64,000 bases of DNA. Origin: Bacteroidia bacterium (GTDB taxonomy: Bacteria; Bacteroidota; Bacteroidia; UKL13-3). Each line of letters starts with the position of its first letter. Position 1 is the first letter of the stretch. Made by a program: the position numbers and the translations under genes. The stretch is taken from the NCBI GenBank assembly GCA_025454875.1, contig JALONP010000009.1:65696-129695 (forward strand), in the 5' to 3' direction. Below the pieces are notes generated by a model. That model did no database searches. It was given only the letters and a program-made list of their open reading frames with translations, and was not told where the DNA came from. Positions 19,743 through 31,100 of the stretch are shown here, piece after piece.

Positions 19743-19848
19743 ACTAAATATCACCGTTCTGTAAACGCTTGTGAAATCATTTAAATTATGTGTTTGTCGT
19801 GCTGTGTATCCAGGTGAACTTGTCTATCCAATGATAGCATGCGCCTTT

Positions 19849-21963
19849 TTACCCCAATACATTAAATACCAATAAGCTACTGAGGTAGGCCAAAGCCGTC
19901 ATGTATACAAATTGAATGCTTGCCCATTTCCAACTTTTGGTTTCGGTTTGAACCACACTTACCGTGCTCATGCATTGCAATGCAAATGCATAAAATACCA
20001 TCAACGAAAGCACCGCAGCAATTGAAAAAATCGGTTTTCCAGTAATAGGGTCTTTTTCACTGCTCATTTTTGCTCTAATTGAATCAAGGTCGTCAACATC
20101 GCCACCTACACTGTAAATAGTACTCATGGTTCCAACAAATACTTCGCGGGCGGCTAAAGAAGTAAGCAATGCAATGCCTATTTTCCAATCAAACCCAAGT
20201 GGTTTAATCACTGGCTCAATCCACTTGCCGAACTCGCCTGCGTAACTCGCTTGTAATTTAGCGGCACTTTTTTGTGTAGCGAGTTCTTCGGTGGTGAACA
20301 GTATTGCCGAATCACTTTGCATTAACTGCGCATAATGCTCATCTATGGCGCGCATATTGTTGCGTGGGCCAAACGATGCAAACGCCCATAAAATAACGGA
20401 TACTGCTACTATGATTTTTCCAGCCCCCCACACAAATGCTGAACCCTTATCGTACAAGGTGATTAACAAGTTTTGAACCACGGGTAATTTGTATCCAGGC
20501 AATTCCATTAAGAAAAAGTTTTTGCGTTCAGCTTTGATAAAAAATTTAAATACAAATGCGCTTACCAATGCTGCCGCAAATCCAAGTAGGTACATAAACA
20601 TTAATACAATTCCGTGCAGGTTAAATGGACCCCATTTAGCTTCAGCGGGAACAAGCATCGCAATGAGTAAGGTATATACAGGCAATCGGGCACTGCAACT
20701 CATGAGCGGTGTTACCAAGATGGTGATGAGCTTTTCTTTTTTATTTTCGATGCTGCGTGTTGCCATGATGCTTGGAACGGCACAAGCCATTCCGCTAATT
20801 AAGGGTACAATGGATTTGCCATTCATTCCAAATGGCCGCATAATGCGGTCCATGATAAAGCCAACACGGGCCATGTATCCAACATCCTCCAGTATGGCAA
20901 TGAAAGCGAAGAGAATAATAATTTGGGGTAAAAATACCATTACACCGCTTAATCCAGCAAGCACACCTTGTACAATAAGGTCGTTTAATACGCCCTCTGG
21001 CAAAGTGGTTTGAACCCACTCGGCTGATTTTACGAAGCCAATTTCGACCCATTCCATTGGAATGCTGCTCCATGAAAAAATGGCTTGAAAAACCAAAAAT
21101 AACAATCCTAAAAAGATGCTGATTCCCCAAATGCGATGGGTTACAATTTTGTCTACTTTTTGTGTGATGGATTTAGCTAGCGAGCCGGTTTTTTGTTTAC
21201 GAGCTATTCGAACGGCATCGTCAATTAAATGGTACCGTTGTAAGATTTCTTTTTCTTGAAAAGCCCGCGAGTCGAATTGAAACCGATCAAATATACTTCG
21301 AATTTGTTTGGATTTGGTACTGATTAACTGGGCGGCATTAATTGCATATTGCAATGCTGCGTAGTGGTTTTTTTTGTCGGTGTATTCGCTGATTTCTTCT
21401 AAAAATTTTTGGTCAAGAAAATCCAGTGAAAAGTATTTTACCTTATTGCGTTCGTGCGTTTGTAACAATTGGGCTTTTACTTCAGTAACGCCAGTACGTT
21501 TGCGCGCATTAATGGCTACAACAGGTATTTGAAGTTGCTTAGAGAGTTGGTCTATATCATAATAAATTCCTTTTCGCTCGGCAATATCCACCATATTGAG
21601 GGCGAGAATAACTGGAACACCTAAATCTGCCACTTGGGTAAGCAATAACAAATTGCGTTTAAGGTTTGAAGCATCTGCAATAAATAAAACCAAATCAGGG
21701 AAATTGGTCTCGGCTTTGTTGCGCAACAGTTCATAAGTAACAAGCTCATCGGCTGATTTGGGATACAAGCTGTAGGTACCCGGTAAATCAATGATTTGAG
21801 CAGTAAGCTCTGCTGATAATTTTGTACTTCCTGTTTTTTTCTCTACGGTGGTTCCAGGAAAGTTGCTTACTTTATAATTGAGTCCTGTTAATGCATTAAA
21901 CAGTGATGTTTTGCCACTGTTAGGGTTACCCACCAACGCTACTGTAAGTTCTTGTTGCGCCAT
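19849..21963 (-). CDS. feoB: Ferrous iron transporter FeoB.
   Basis: N-terminal G-domain LVGNPNSGKTSLFNALTG...NFPGTTVEKK followed by a polytopic permease domain. 704 aa. Confidence 0.9.
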   Translation of the reverse strand: MAQQELTVALVGNPNSGKTSLFNALTGLNYKVSNFPGTTVEKKTGSTKLSAELTAQIIDLPGTYSLYPKSADELVTYELLRNKAETNFPDLVLFIADASNLKRNLLLLTQVADLGVPVILALNMVDIAERKGIYYDIDQLSKQLQIPVVAINARKRTGVTEVKAQLLQTHERNKVKYFSLDFLDQKFLEEISEYTDKKNHYAALQYAINAAQLISTKSKQIRSIFDRFQFDSRAFQEKEILQRYHLIDDAVRIARKQKTGSLAKSITQKVDKIVTHRIWGISIFLGLLFLVFQAIFSWSSIPMEWVEIGFVKSAEWVQTTLPEGVLNDLIVQGVLAGLSGVMVFLPQIIILFAFIAILEDVGYMARVGFIMDRIMRPFGMNGKSIVPLISGMACAVPSIMATRSIENKKEKLITILVTPLMSCSARLPVYTLLIAMLVPAEAKWGPFNLHGIVLMFMYLLGFAAALVSAFVFKFFIKAERKNFFLMELPGYKLPVVQNLLITLYDKGSAFVWGAGKIIVAVSVILWAFASFGPRNNMRAIDEHYAQLMQSDSAILFTTEELATQKSAAKLQASYAGEFGKWIEPVIKPLGFDWKIGIALLTSLAAREVFVGTMSTIYSVGGDVDDLDSIRAKMSSEKDPITGKPIFSIAAVLSLMVFYAFALQCMSTVSVVQTETKSWKWASIQFVYMTALAYLSSLLVFNVLG

Positions 21964-22188
21964 TTATGATATCACATTTACCATTACACAATCAGCATCT
22001 TGTAGGCGCAAGCACATTTTATACTCTCCAACGCGCACAGCAATAGGATCACCAAATGGAGCAATATTTTCGAGCGCTACTGTCTCTCCTGGCAATAAGC
22101 CCATTTCGAGTAGTTTTAGTGAAAGTTCTGTATCTGCAATCGACTCTACTATTGCTTCTTTCCCGAATGGTAGTTTTGAAAGTTTCAT
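21964..22188 (-). CDS. feoA: Ferrous iron transport protein FeoA.
   Basis: 74-aa SH3-like FeoA, immediately upstream of feoB with abutting stop and start. Confidence 0.85.
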   Translation of the reverse strand: MKLSKLPFGKEAIVESIADTELSLKLLEMGLLPGETVALENIAPFGDPIAVRVGEYKMCLRLQDADCVMVNVIS

Positions 22189-22288
22189 GTTTTAAGTATC
22201 AGCTTGCAGGGTGTTAAACCAACACGGTGCATGTCAATATGCGAAAATAGTGTATTTTTGGAATCAATCTAAATAACTGAACGGACTC

Positions 22289-23155
22289 ATGAAAATAGTT
22301 GGATTCACAATGGTACGCAATGCCATTAAATATGATTATCCCATTGTAGAATCCATTAACAGCATTTTACCAATTGTTGATGCGTATGTTGTTGCTGTTG
22401 GCCAATCAGAAGACGAAACACGCCAATTGATTGAATCGATTGGATCTTCTAAAATTCAAATTATAGATACTGTTTGGGACGACTCATTAAGAGAAGGAGG
22501 TAAAGTATTGGCCGTTGAAACAAACAAAGCATTTGACGCTATTGCCGATGCCGATTGGTGTTTTTATCTTCAAGGAGATGAGGTTGTACATGAGCGATAC
22601 CATTCAACGATTGTAAAAGCATGTAATGATTACCTTGCTGATAAAAGAGTAGAGGGATTGTTATTTGAGTATGTGCATTTTTATGGCAACTACGCTTATG
22701 TTGGTGATTCGCGCACCTGGTATCGGAATGAAATTCGTATTATTCGAAATGACAAACGTATTCGCTCGTATCGTGATGCTCAAGGGTTTCGGAAAAACGG
22801 GCAGAAGTTAAATGTGAAAAAGATTGATGCCGCTATTTTTCATTATGGTTGGGTAAAGGATCCGCGTTTTCAGCAAGCTAAGCAGCAAAGTTTTCATAAA
22901 ATGTGGCATTCGGATGAATGGGTAAAAGCCCATGTTGCAGAAGCCAGTGCTTATGATTATTCAGCCATTGACTCTTTAAAGCGGTTTGAAGGAAACCACC
23001 CAAAGGTAATGCAAAACCGCTTGCAGCGCATGGATTGGGAGTTTACATGGGATGAACGCAAGAAAAAATTTACGTTCAAAAATTGGGTTCTTTACCAAAT
23101 TGAAAAACGCACGGGTGTTCGTTTATTTGAGTACCGCAACTACAATCTCATTTAG
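22289..23155 (+). CDS. Glycosyltransferase family 2-like (GT-A fold) protein.
   Basis: 288 aa. The N-terminal MKIVGFTMVRNAIKYDYPIVESINSILPIVDAYVVAV... pattern is common in GT2-annotated Bacteroidota proteins. Weakly supported. Confidence 0.45.
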   Translation: MKIVGFTMVRNAIKYDYPIVESINSILPIVDAYVVAVGQSEDETRQLIESIGSSKIQIIDTVWDDSLREGGKVLAVETNKAFDAIADADWCFYLQGDEVVHERYHSTIVKACNDYLADKRVEGLLFEYVHFYGNYAYVGDSRTWYRNEIRIIRNDKRIRSYRDAQGFRKNGQKLNVKKIDAAIFHYGWVKDPRFQQAKQQSFHKMWHSDEWVKAHVAEASAYDYSAIDSLKRFEGNHPKVMQNRLQRMDWEFTWDERKKKFTFKNWVLYQIEKRTGVRLFEYRNYNLI

Positions 23156-23783
23156 TAGCATGCATTTGCAGGTTATGGTAAATATCATCAAGCAAATGCA
23201 AATCAAGCCCTTGTTTGGCAAGTAACGCGTGCCAGCCGGCTTCTTTGGCACCTTGTACATTCGCAATCGAATCATCTATAAATAAGCACTGACTTGGTTG
23301 CGCTCCTATTTGGTTGGCAACCCAATCATAAGTTGATGTATGAGGTTTGCGCATGCCAATTTGGTGCGAAAGAAATTGGTATTTGAATAATCCATTCCAC
23401 TTTTCGAGTCCATAGCATTCCTCAATATATTGGTGAAACCAATGGATGTGAATGGAATTGGTATTGCTTAACAAATACAAGGGAATATGTGCGCTTAATT
23501 TTTCAAGCATTTTATACCGATAGGTTGGTAAATGAATGAGCATTTTGTTCCATGCTTCATCAATTTGGTCATATGTATAATTGCCTTTAAGGGCTTGGTG
23601 TAAATGGTGCCGAAAATCAGCTGGTTGAATTTTACCTATTTCAAAATCAGTGAATACGGTCGATTCCATGTTCACTGTTTCCAAATCAATTCCCATTCGT
23701 TGGAAACTTCTGAGCGTGCGGTTTTGATCAATATCCAAAATCACACCGCCTAAATCAAAAACCAAAGCACAAAACTTCTGCAT
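23148..23783 (-). CDS. HAD-superfamily hydrolase (subfamily IA-like).
   Basis: N-terminal motif I ALVFDLGGVIL and downstream IDDS motif. ATG at 23783; the listed ORF extends to a GTG at 23822. Confidence 0.65.
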   Translation of the reverse strand: MQKFCALVFDLGGVILDIDQNRTLRSFQRMGIDLETVNMESTVFTDFEIGKIQPADFRHHLHQALKGNYTYDQIDEAWNKMLIHLPTYRYKMLEKLSAHIPLYLLSNTNSIHIHWFHQYIEECYGLEKWNGLFKYQFLSHQIGMRKPHTSTYDWVANQIGAQPSQCLFIDDSIANVQGAKEAGWHALLAKQGLDLHLLDDIYHNLQMHATK

Positions 23784-23857
23784 AATAGTTGTATAACATT
23801 TGGTAAAAATATATGTTTGCACCCCATTACCTATTTGGCTTTTTAAGTTTAATAGGC

Positions 23858-23931
23858 GGGCCTATAGCTCAGTCGGTTAGAGCATCTGACTCATAATCAG
23901 GGGGTGCTTGGTTCGATCCCAAGTGGGCCCA
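23858..23931 (+). tRNA. tRNA-Met (anticodon CAT), elongator type.
   Basis: Cloverleaf folded by hand: acceptor GGGCCTA/TGGGCCC, D-arm GCTC-AGTCGGTTA-GAGC, anticodon stem TCTGA/TCAGG with loop CTCATAA, T-arm CTTGG-TTCGATC-CCAAG, discriminator A. G1-C72 is paired, so it is not an initiator. tRNA-Ile(k2CAU) cannot be excluded. Confidence 0.85.
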
Positions 23932-23940
23932 CGATAAAAA

Positions 23941-23965
23941 GCCTGGCAATAAAGCCGGGCTTTTT
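23941..23965 (+). terminator. Rho-independent terminator after tRNA-Met.
   Basis: GCCTGGC-AATAAA-GCCGGGC stem-loop (7 bp, one G:U) followed by TTTTT. Confidence 0.6.
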
Positions 23966-23967
23966 AG

Positions 23968-24084
<117 letters not shown>

Positions 24085-24258
24085 TAACACGCTTCACTGC
24101 AACTGCGAGTGATTGGGAAGTTTATTTGGTGATACATTGCAAGGATTTTAGTCAAGCAATAAGAATAGAGCGGCATTTGAAAAAAATGAAAAGCAGGACC
24201 TACTTATTGAACTTGAAAAAGTATCCAGAGATACTCGAAAAGCTTATTAAAAAATAAT

Positions 24259-24394
24259 AGCATCTGACTCTCCCGATAGCTATCGGGACAGGGGGTGCTT
24301 GGTGGAGTTTACCTCGCCATTCGATCCCAAGTGGGCCCACGATAAAAAGCCTGGCAATAAAGCCGGGCTTTTTAGCAGATGTCGATTTGTTATA
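24259..24394 (+). pseudogene. Degenerate partial duplicate of tRNA-Met (from the anticodon stem to the 3' end) plus the duplicated terminator and about 30 bp beyond. It carries two insertions.
   Basis: Near-identical to 23881-23986. The differences are an 18-bp perfect palindrome TCCCGATAGCTATCGGGA (24271-24288) replacing the anticodon-loop residues, and an 18-bp insert tggagtttacctcgccat in the T-arm. No 5' half is present. Confidence 0.7.
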
Positions 24395-24997
24395 ATGAAC
24401 ATTACAATTGATATGGCAACAATCTCAAAGGAAAATAAAAGTGTAAAAGATTTCATTCAGACCGTATTAATTGACAACATCGGAAGTTTAGTAGGGACTG
24501 GGAATCACTACTTAGGTTTTGGACCTCAAACACAAGCGATTGAATTGCTTGGTGCCATTATTGAAGACGAAGATATTGAAAGACTACAACGACATAATCG
24601 AGAAAGTGAATTTGATACCCGTAGTAAATCAAGGAGACGATTTCATAATGCTCTTAAACTGTTTTCAAATCAGAAATACATACAGTTTTGCCCTGAACTT
24701 AAAACAGATGCTTCTTACCAAGCTGATTATGATTTGTATTGCAATTTAAGGTGTGGTTATGCTCATCAAATGCGACCAACAGGTAAAATTTCCGTGACAA
24801 CCGAACCTGAGTCATTAACAGATGGAACGACACATTTAGAAATTGATCAGTTGTCGGGTAGACTTATCATCGTAAGCGAAATATTATATCGTGACTTAAA
24901 AGAGGTTTGCGAAAAAGTAATTGCAATGATTGATAGCGGAAAAATAAATCACACAAAGCCGTATGGAGATTTTTTAGGTCTAATAAGTTATGTGTGA
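24395..24997 (+). CDS. Hypothetical protein (~200 aa), orphan gene within the tRNA-adjacent repeat-bounded islet.
   Basis: ATG at 24395 just after the duplicated terminator. No recognisable domain. Lower GC than its surroundings. The listed ORF start at 24299 reads through the pseudo-tRNA and is unlikely to be coding. Confidence 0.55.
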   Translation: MNITIDMATISKENKSVKDFIQTVLIDNIGSLVGTGNHYLGFGPQTQAIELLGAIIEDEDIERLQRHNRESEFDTRSKSRRRFHNALKLFSNQKYIQFCPELKTDASYQADYDLYCNLRCGYAHQMRPTGKISVTTEPESLTDGTTHLEIDQLSGRLIIVSEILYRDLKEVCEKVIAMIDSGKINHTKPYGDFLGLISYV

Positions 24998-25036
24998 CGT
25001 CAAGAAAGCCGAGGAACGTTATATACCATAAACCTA

Positions 25037-25085
25037 TTCACTTGATAGGTATTATATTGGCGCAAGTCAAGAAGGCATTGCCGAT
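25037..25085 (+). repeat. 49-bp direct repeat, copy 2.
   Basis: ttcacttgataggtattatattggcgcaagtcaagaaggcattgccgat, a/g difference only. Both copies are followed shortly by tgggaagt. Confidence 0.7.
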
Positions 25086-25164
25086 TGACTGGGAAGTATC
25101 GCACGTTTTTGGCTTTTGATGTGAGTAGTGTATCCGCCTTTCCAAACACAAATCGTATTGGTTT

Positions 25165-28100
25165 TTATTGAATGGTGTAACGGAGTGAGAAGCCACCACT
25201 TTGAATAACCGTAGGGAAGGTGTTGGATGTTTCGGGGTCGGTTCTACGGTAATCATAAAAAATGCGCAACATCAATTGTTCACTGATATTGTAATCAATT
25301 GTTGGTCGGAGTGTAATCACCCTTTGTCCTTGAACAGCGTCATTTGATGGGCGATCGATGTTCCGAATTTTGGTTACATTGTAACGAATACCAAAGTCGA
25401 GTCTAAAATTAATATCGCTGTTCATTGTTAACCTGCGGCCGTTAATCTTAAAGGGAATGGTTAGCTTGGTAGTTCGGTAACCGCTTCCAATTACCCACTC
25501 GCGGCCAATTTGTTCGTTCAGTTGGCCATTGGTTAAACTAAAATTAAGCATGCGATCGCGTTTGTACTCGAGTTTAGCAGTAACATTATTCACGAGTGTA
25601 ACATCAATTCCGCAAAAAGGACCAAATCGTTCTTGTATAGATATTTGCCTAATTTGGAATTGTGGAACCGCATCACCTGTGAGTGGGTTTACACTGTTAG
25701 CCGAATCTGTTAAAATACTCTGGAAAGAATTTACCGTATAGGTGGAACTGTATTGGTGGTTGATGGTTACATTGGAAGCGTATTCTTTTATTTTCTCAAG
25801 TTTTGACAAACCACTGTAAGTAATACGCCAATTGGCATCAGGCAAAGTTGGGAATGCAGAAAGCTTAATGGAAGCAGGATCACTTCCACCATATGCTGCT
25901 AAAAATGCAGGAATTAATACATCTTGTTGTGCACGGCTGTAGCCTAGAGGAAACCCATTGCTATCAATACCTGTAACACCTGATGAAGATTCGGCAGCTA
26001 ACCGTTGGGCAATAACAACGCGGTTACGTTGAAACTCTTCAAATACTTCGGTGTTTCCATTTTCCAACTCCTTTGAAAAGGTCGATTTCCACGTATTGAA
26101 AGTGATAGAATAAGATCCATTTACATTGGGTTGGTTCACATCAATAAACTCATTGGTTACAGTATCAAATCGGAATAAAACAGAACTGCTTTGTGAGCGT
26201 GTTCTGCTCATATTGAGTTCTATTCTAAAATCGGTAAAGGGTTCAAGTGTGGCTCTACCCGTTAGGTTTTCAGAAACTGTTTGTGCGGCAAAGTTTGTAA
26301 TTCGTGGGTCATCACTTAACCACCCATTTTGAGCAGCTCTTTTTCTAAAAGCAGCATCTTGGCTACCCAAAATAAAGTCAAACCCTGGAGCAGCAAGGTC
26401 CATATTTTGACCTAAGTATTGTGGAGTGGGTTTGAAACCGGGTAATGAAGAACCCTCATTTTTGGTATAAGATCCTGAAGCATTTTTTAAACTCATCAAT
26501 ACTTTAAGGGTATAGGTTAAAGCTGGTGATAATTTTCGTTCAGGTTTTTCTTCTTCTTTCTTCGCATCTTGTTTTCCTTTTTTATCTTTTGAAAGTGCGG
26601 GCTTCTCTTCTTTTTGTGCACTTGGTCGTTTGCTTTGCCCAGGGTTATTCACTTGTTTTAAAATAGGAATCAAGTTGTACAACATCACCATGTTAAAATT
26701 GAGGTTGTAAGCTTGTGCTCGTGAATTGGAAATGGTATTTCCTAAACTATCTGCTGCAGGAGGTGCTTGTTTCCATTGGTAGGTAGCTGTGTAGGTGTAT
26801 GACGATTGGCTTACCCAACCCATATACGGTAATTTGTTAATTGGCACATTGTAGTTTACGCGCGCTGTTTGGTCAAACTGCATCAACCTTCCACCACGTA
26901 ATAAATTTTGACGAATGGAGTCACGTTTTTCAGGAGTGTTTTCACTTATTTCTCCAAGCGGTTCATCAATGCGGGCAAACACATTGGCATTGTAATCAAA
27001 TTTTAAACCTCTTGATAAATCGTATCTAAACTCGTAGTAACGGGTCATGGTATACATTTTATCATACAAAGGTGCAAGTTGAATCCCTTGTAAATCGTTG
27101 TTTCGATTAATAGTAACTCCATATCTTCTATCCGTTTCAAGCCTTAGTCCCCAACCTTGTGGTTTAAAGAACAAGTTAAAATCTTTAATCAATGTAAGTT
27201 GCTTGCTTTTGATTGATTTAAATGGTTCCCAAGGTTTGGCAGTGAATGTGTAATTGTAGCCCGATATGGTTTTATAATTTTGCAATAGGTAATATTCAAG
27301 CACTTGGTTTCGCCTGTATGTTTCATTAAAGCTATAGGTAAAGGTAAAGTTCTCCAATCGCCAAAACCGTTTCTTTGCATTGGGGTTGGTGTTTGATTTT
27401 CGAATATTGGTAAAGTTTAAGCTTCTACGTGCAGTGAAATCATCGGCAGCTCTCTGTATTTGATTTATGTAATCAGGATTGGTACTTTCATCAATTTCTT
27501 TTTGCAAACGTGTATCAGGGTTTAATGGATTATAGAAAGGCCGTATCAACGTATTGCCATATGATACAAACATTGGGATGGATAACCCTGATTTTTTTGG
27601 TAAGAATTTACCCAACTCAAAATTACTCTGAACATCAAACTGGTATTGGTCATCAAAGTTTCGTTGGTTGAGTTTTTTATCCAATCCTCCAAAGCCTACG
27701 GTAGATATACTGCCACTTAATTGCATGTTTGCAAAGTCAGCTAACTTGGCTTGCACACGAGCATTGGCGGCCCATCCGCCTCTATTGTTAAACCCAGTCA
27801 TTCGCAATTCATTAAACCAAACCTCAGTGCATTTAGGAGCACCGTCATCTATACTACCCGGAACAGCTTTTGGGTTTCGAATACCCAACATTGCCACCCG
27901 TACTTGGCTCAAATCAGGCAATCCCACAACGGTGAATTTTGCTTTGCCTAACTGCCTAAAATATGGAGCGGTAAACGGATGGTTGGCATTGGTGCGCTGA
28001 ATTTTAGTATTGATAAACTCTTCGAGCTCAATAATCATTTCGTTATCGAGCGGCCAAATTTCATCATCTGATATTTGACCTTGGCGGGTAAGCTTAAGCG

Positions 28101-31100
28101 GAATTTCATATTCGTAATAGTTGTTGGTTAAGTCGGTTCCCAACCTAATAAACGCAGTAACATCTCCATCTTTGGTTGCAACATCACCTTCAGCATGAAT
28201 AAACATACGTAGTTTACTGTATTGCCTAAGGTCGGTGGTAAGGTTTTTAAATACGGCTCTTGCATCACCATCATTGAGGTTGCACACCAATACCGATAAC
28301 GATTGTTCATTTTGCTGGATTGCCTGCGGAGTGCTGAAATCAATTTCGCGTTGAATGCCAGGAGGCACACGATAAGGAATTGGCACCCGTAAAGAGTTTT
28401 TTTCGATGTTCACTGTTGAAACAACAAACTTGGTTTCGTCTTCTGGATCACCTGGGATGGCCTCTTTTCCAGCTTCGAGGTTGCCCAAATATTTTCGCCA
28501 ATCTGCTCTAACTAATTGAAACGCACCAAAGCGTAATACTTGACTTGAGTCAAAGCCACGCATGTACATTCGGATAAAGCGGATGGATTTGAAGTCGATG
28601 ATTTCACCAACACGTTTTTGGTATTCCCTTATTGGAATTTTAAGTTGGTACCATGTTACAGGTTCTGTTTTTCCGTTTTTGAGTTGAACAGGTGTGGTGA
28701 TACTATCTGTAACAAAGTTTTGGCCAACAATCAATCGGCTTTTGCTAATATCAACTTTGTATTGGTAATACTCTTCAATATCGTTTAGGGTATAATCACG
28801 GTTAATATCTTCGTTATCGGGGGTATTGGTTGCAGAAGTTGCAAACGATTCGCCTCCTTGTTCTACTGTTGGTGAGTTGCCTTGGTGTTTGTTAAACCTG
28901 CGGTACCTGTCAAGAATTGAAGCTTGAATTGGATCGTAAACTTGGGTGCTTAAAAAGTACCTGTAGTTGTCATACGATGGATCGTTAATGGCATTTTGGT
29001 AGGCTTGAGAAGTAGTTCCATACGCAGCAGCCACACGTTGCAAGTAACTTGTATCAAAAACGGCCCGTTCGCCATCATCGCTTAAACCATCCAAACCAAC
29101 ATCTTGACGCGTACGTGCGGCAGGGTCGGCATCAAACGCAAAATTCACAACAGGAGTACGTGGTACTCTTCCCCAAACTGTTGTATCGGTGAATTGCAGG
29201 GCAGGATCTGTAGAGCGTGGAATACCGTTTTCTGCCGCTCTTCTATTGTCGCGTAAAATATCTTCGGAAACGTTCCCTAAGTTAATATAAAGCTCACCAC
29301 TGTTGTTCGGATTTGGATTGCTCAGGTAAGGGTCCATCATCCACACTTCTATATAATCAATGTTTGATGCCTCGAAATCATTTTGATCAATTTTACGCAT
29401 GATTCCACCCCAATTTTGCCGCGGGTTATTTAAGGTCCCATCAGCATTTAATCCACTAATTGTATAGTTGTAAGGACCTCTTTCATTTGGGTAAAAGGCA
29501 AGGTCAAGAGTAGCTAAAATATTAGGTTGGCCTTGTTGAATTTGTCTGCTAGGGAACACTTCGTTCACACCTACTTGTCGAACTCTGTGATCAGATAGTT
29601 GCGCATCATCGTTGGTTATATGTTCAGGTGTTTGCGCATTGTTCAGGTAAAAGGTAGTGGCAATGGTATACCAAGCAAGGTTGGCTCTTTTAAAACCGTA
29701 TTCAAGTGTGTTAAATGTATTGCCTTCTGGGAAAAGATCAAACTGTCCTTGAGGAGTAGAGGCAAGGCTCCAATTGTTACCGAGTCTTAAATCAAAAGGA
29801 GTTTCACTTCCTTCAAAATCATCAAGATAGGCAGTGCCTCTGTTCGCTAACGAACTTTGCACACCAGGAATCAAGCGGGCATATTCACCTTGGATAGCAA
29901 TATTTGAGATTTCTTTTGTTTCAATAAAAGGCAATTTGTCTACGAGTTTGGTTAAAAATCGAGACTCTTTTTTCCAAGTTCCGTCTACCCCAATAATAAC
30001 ATTGCTAATAGGCTCTTCTCCAATATTTACTTTTGGTGTAAGCGGTCGTTCGTTTAGGTATAGCACTGTACCTCCAAGCACAAAATCGCGGTTCACTTTG
30101 TAATCAAGACGAGTACCTAGCAGTGATTTTTGTTGAACGCTAAAAAGTGAATTGCTTTCAGAAGATACCTTGATAACTGCCCCAGAGTTTAATAAGCCTG
30201 TATTGATAATTTTTACACGCCCAGCAAAATAATCAACTGTAAAATCTTGATTTTCGGTAAGCGGTGCACCATTCGCAGTAACCCTTACTGAACCTCGTGG
30301 AATATTGCTTTGTCCTAATGAAATTTCGGAGTTTGAGTTTCCTGAATAATTTCCCCGTAAGAAAAACTTATTGTACTGCGGAAGCTGAATTGCGGCAAAG
30401 CGAGTTGAGTCGTAAAGTTCATAAAACGAATAATACCTGGCCCGAGTGGGATCGTTTACAAATTTGGATGCTAAATAACTACCAAAAGGTTCAAGAACCG
30501 GAAATATAATTCGGCCTTGAGCAGAGTTAACGGTGACACCTTCTATGAAGTCGAAATTGCCATCAGGTGCACGCTCTTGTTGTGTGTTAAAATTGTCAAG
30601 GTTTAATACTTGAACAAGTGGCAATGCGCTTAATTGTGGCTCATTTTGTACTGGTAAATAATTGAGATCTGCACCTGATGGGTCATCTGCATAAATAATG
30701 TTTAGCCTAAAGTCTTTGGCTTGTAGCTGAAATGTTCCAAGTGAATAAATGTTTTTCATCATCAAATCCCAGATTGGCAAATCAGGTCTTAACGATGGCC
30801 CTTTAAGCATTTTGGTGAAAAGCACATTTGGATTATCAGGGTTGGGTGGCAAGTCAGTGGTGAATTCACCAACCTTGTATGTGCGACCATTGAGTGTATA
30901 TTCAAAAGCAACACACAATACATCATCATTGTTTAGGGTTTGATTAAGCGAGATATAACCTAAACGAGGGTTAACCGTGTACTCGCTTGGAGATAACAAT
31001 CGTGCATAACTTATTGCTTGGTATTGTGCAATGGGTTGTAGTTTGGTAATGGGCTGGTCTTTGAGCAATTGGTTTTGCAACTCAAATGAAGAACGCAAGC

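Noticed and set aside
22189-22288. Fur box upstream of feoAB.
   Set aside because: I could not find a convincing GATAATGATAATCATTATC-like 19-mer in the feoA upstream region. Bacteroidota Fur sites may differ, so there is no call.
23858-23931. Initiator tRNA-fMet assignment for the CAT tRNA.
   Set aside because: Position 1:72 is a paired G-C, not the C:A mismatch of bacterial initiators, and the anticodon stem lacks three consecutive G-C pairs. Elongator Met, or possibly lysidine-Ile, is more likely.
24186-24257. 23-codon mini-ORF (MKSRTYLLNLKKYPEILEKLIKK) in the unique spacer of the tRNA islet.
   Set aside because: It is too short to support without conservation or ribosome-profiling evidence. 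It could be chance in AT-rich DNA. It is noted only as a possible leader peptide.
24299-24394. The N-terminal 32 codons of the listed ORF 24299-24997 ([32 protein letters not shown]).
   Set aside because: This stretch is a translation of the duplicated tRNA 3' half and terminator hairpin. The real start is more plausibly the ATG at 24395, after the terminator.
25038-25256. 72-aa minus-strand ORF overlapping repeat B2 and the 3' end of sprA.
   Set aside because: It overlaps the sprA coding end and a repeat copy, and has no start context or motifs. Likely spurious.
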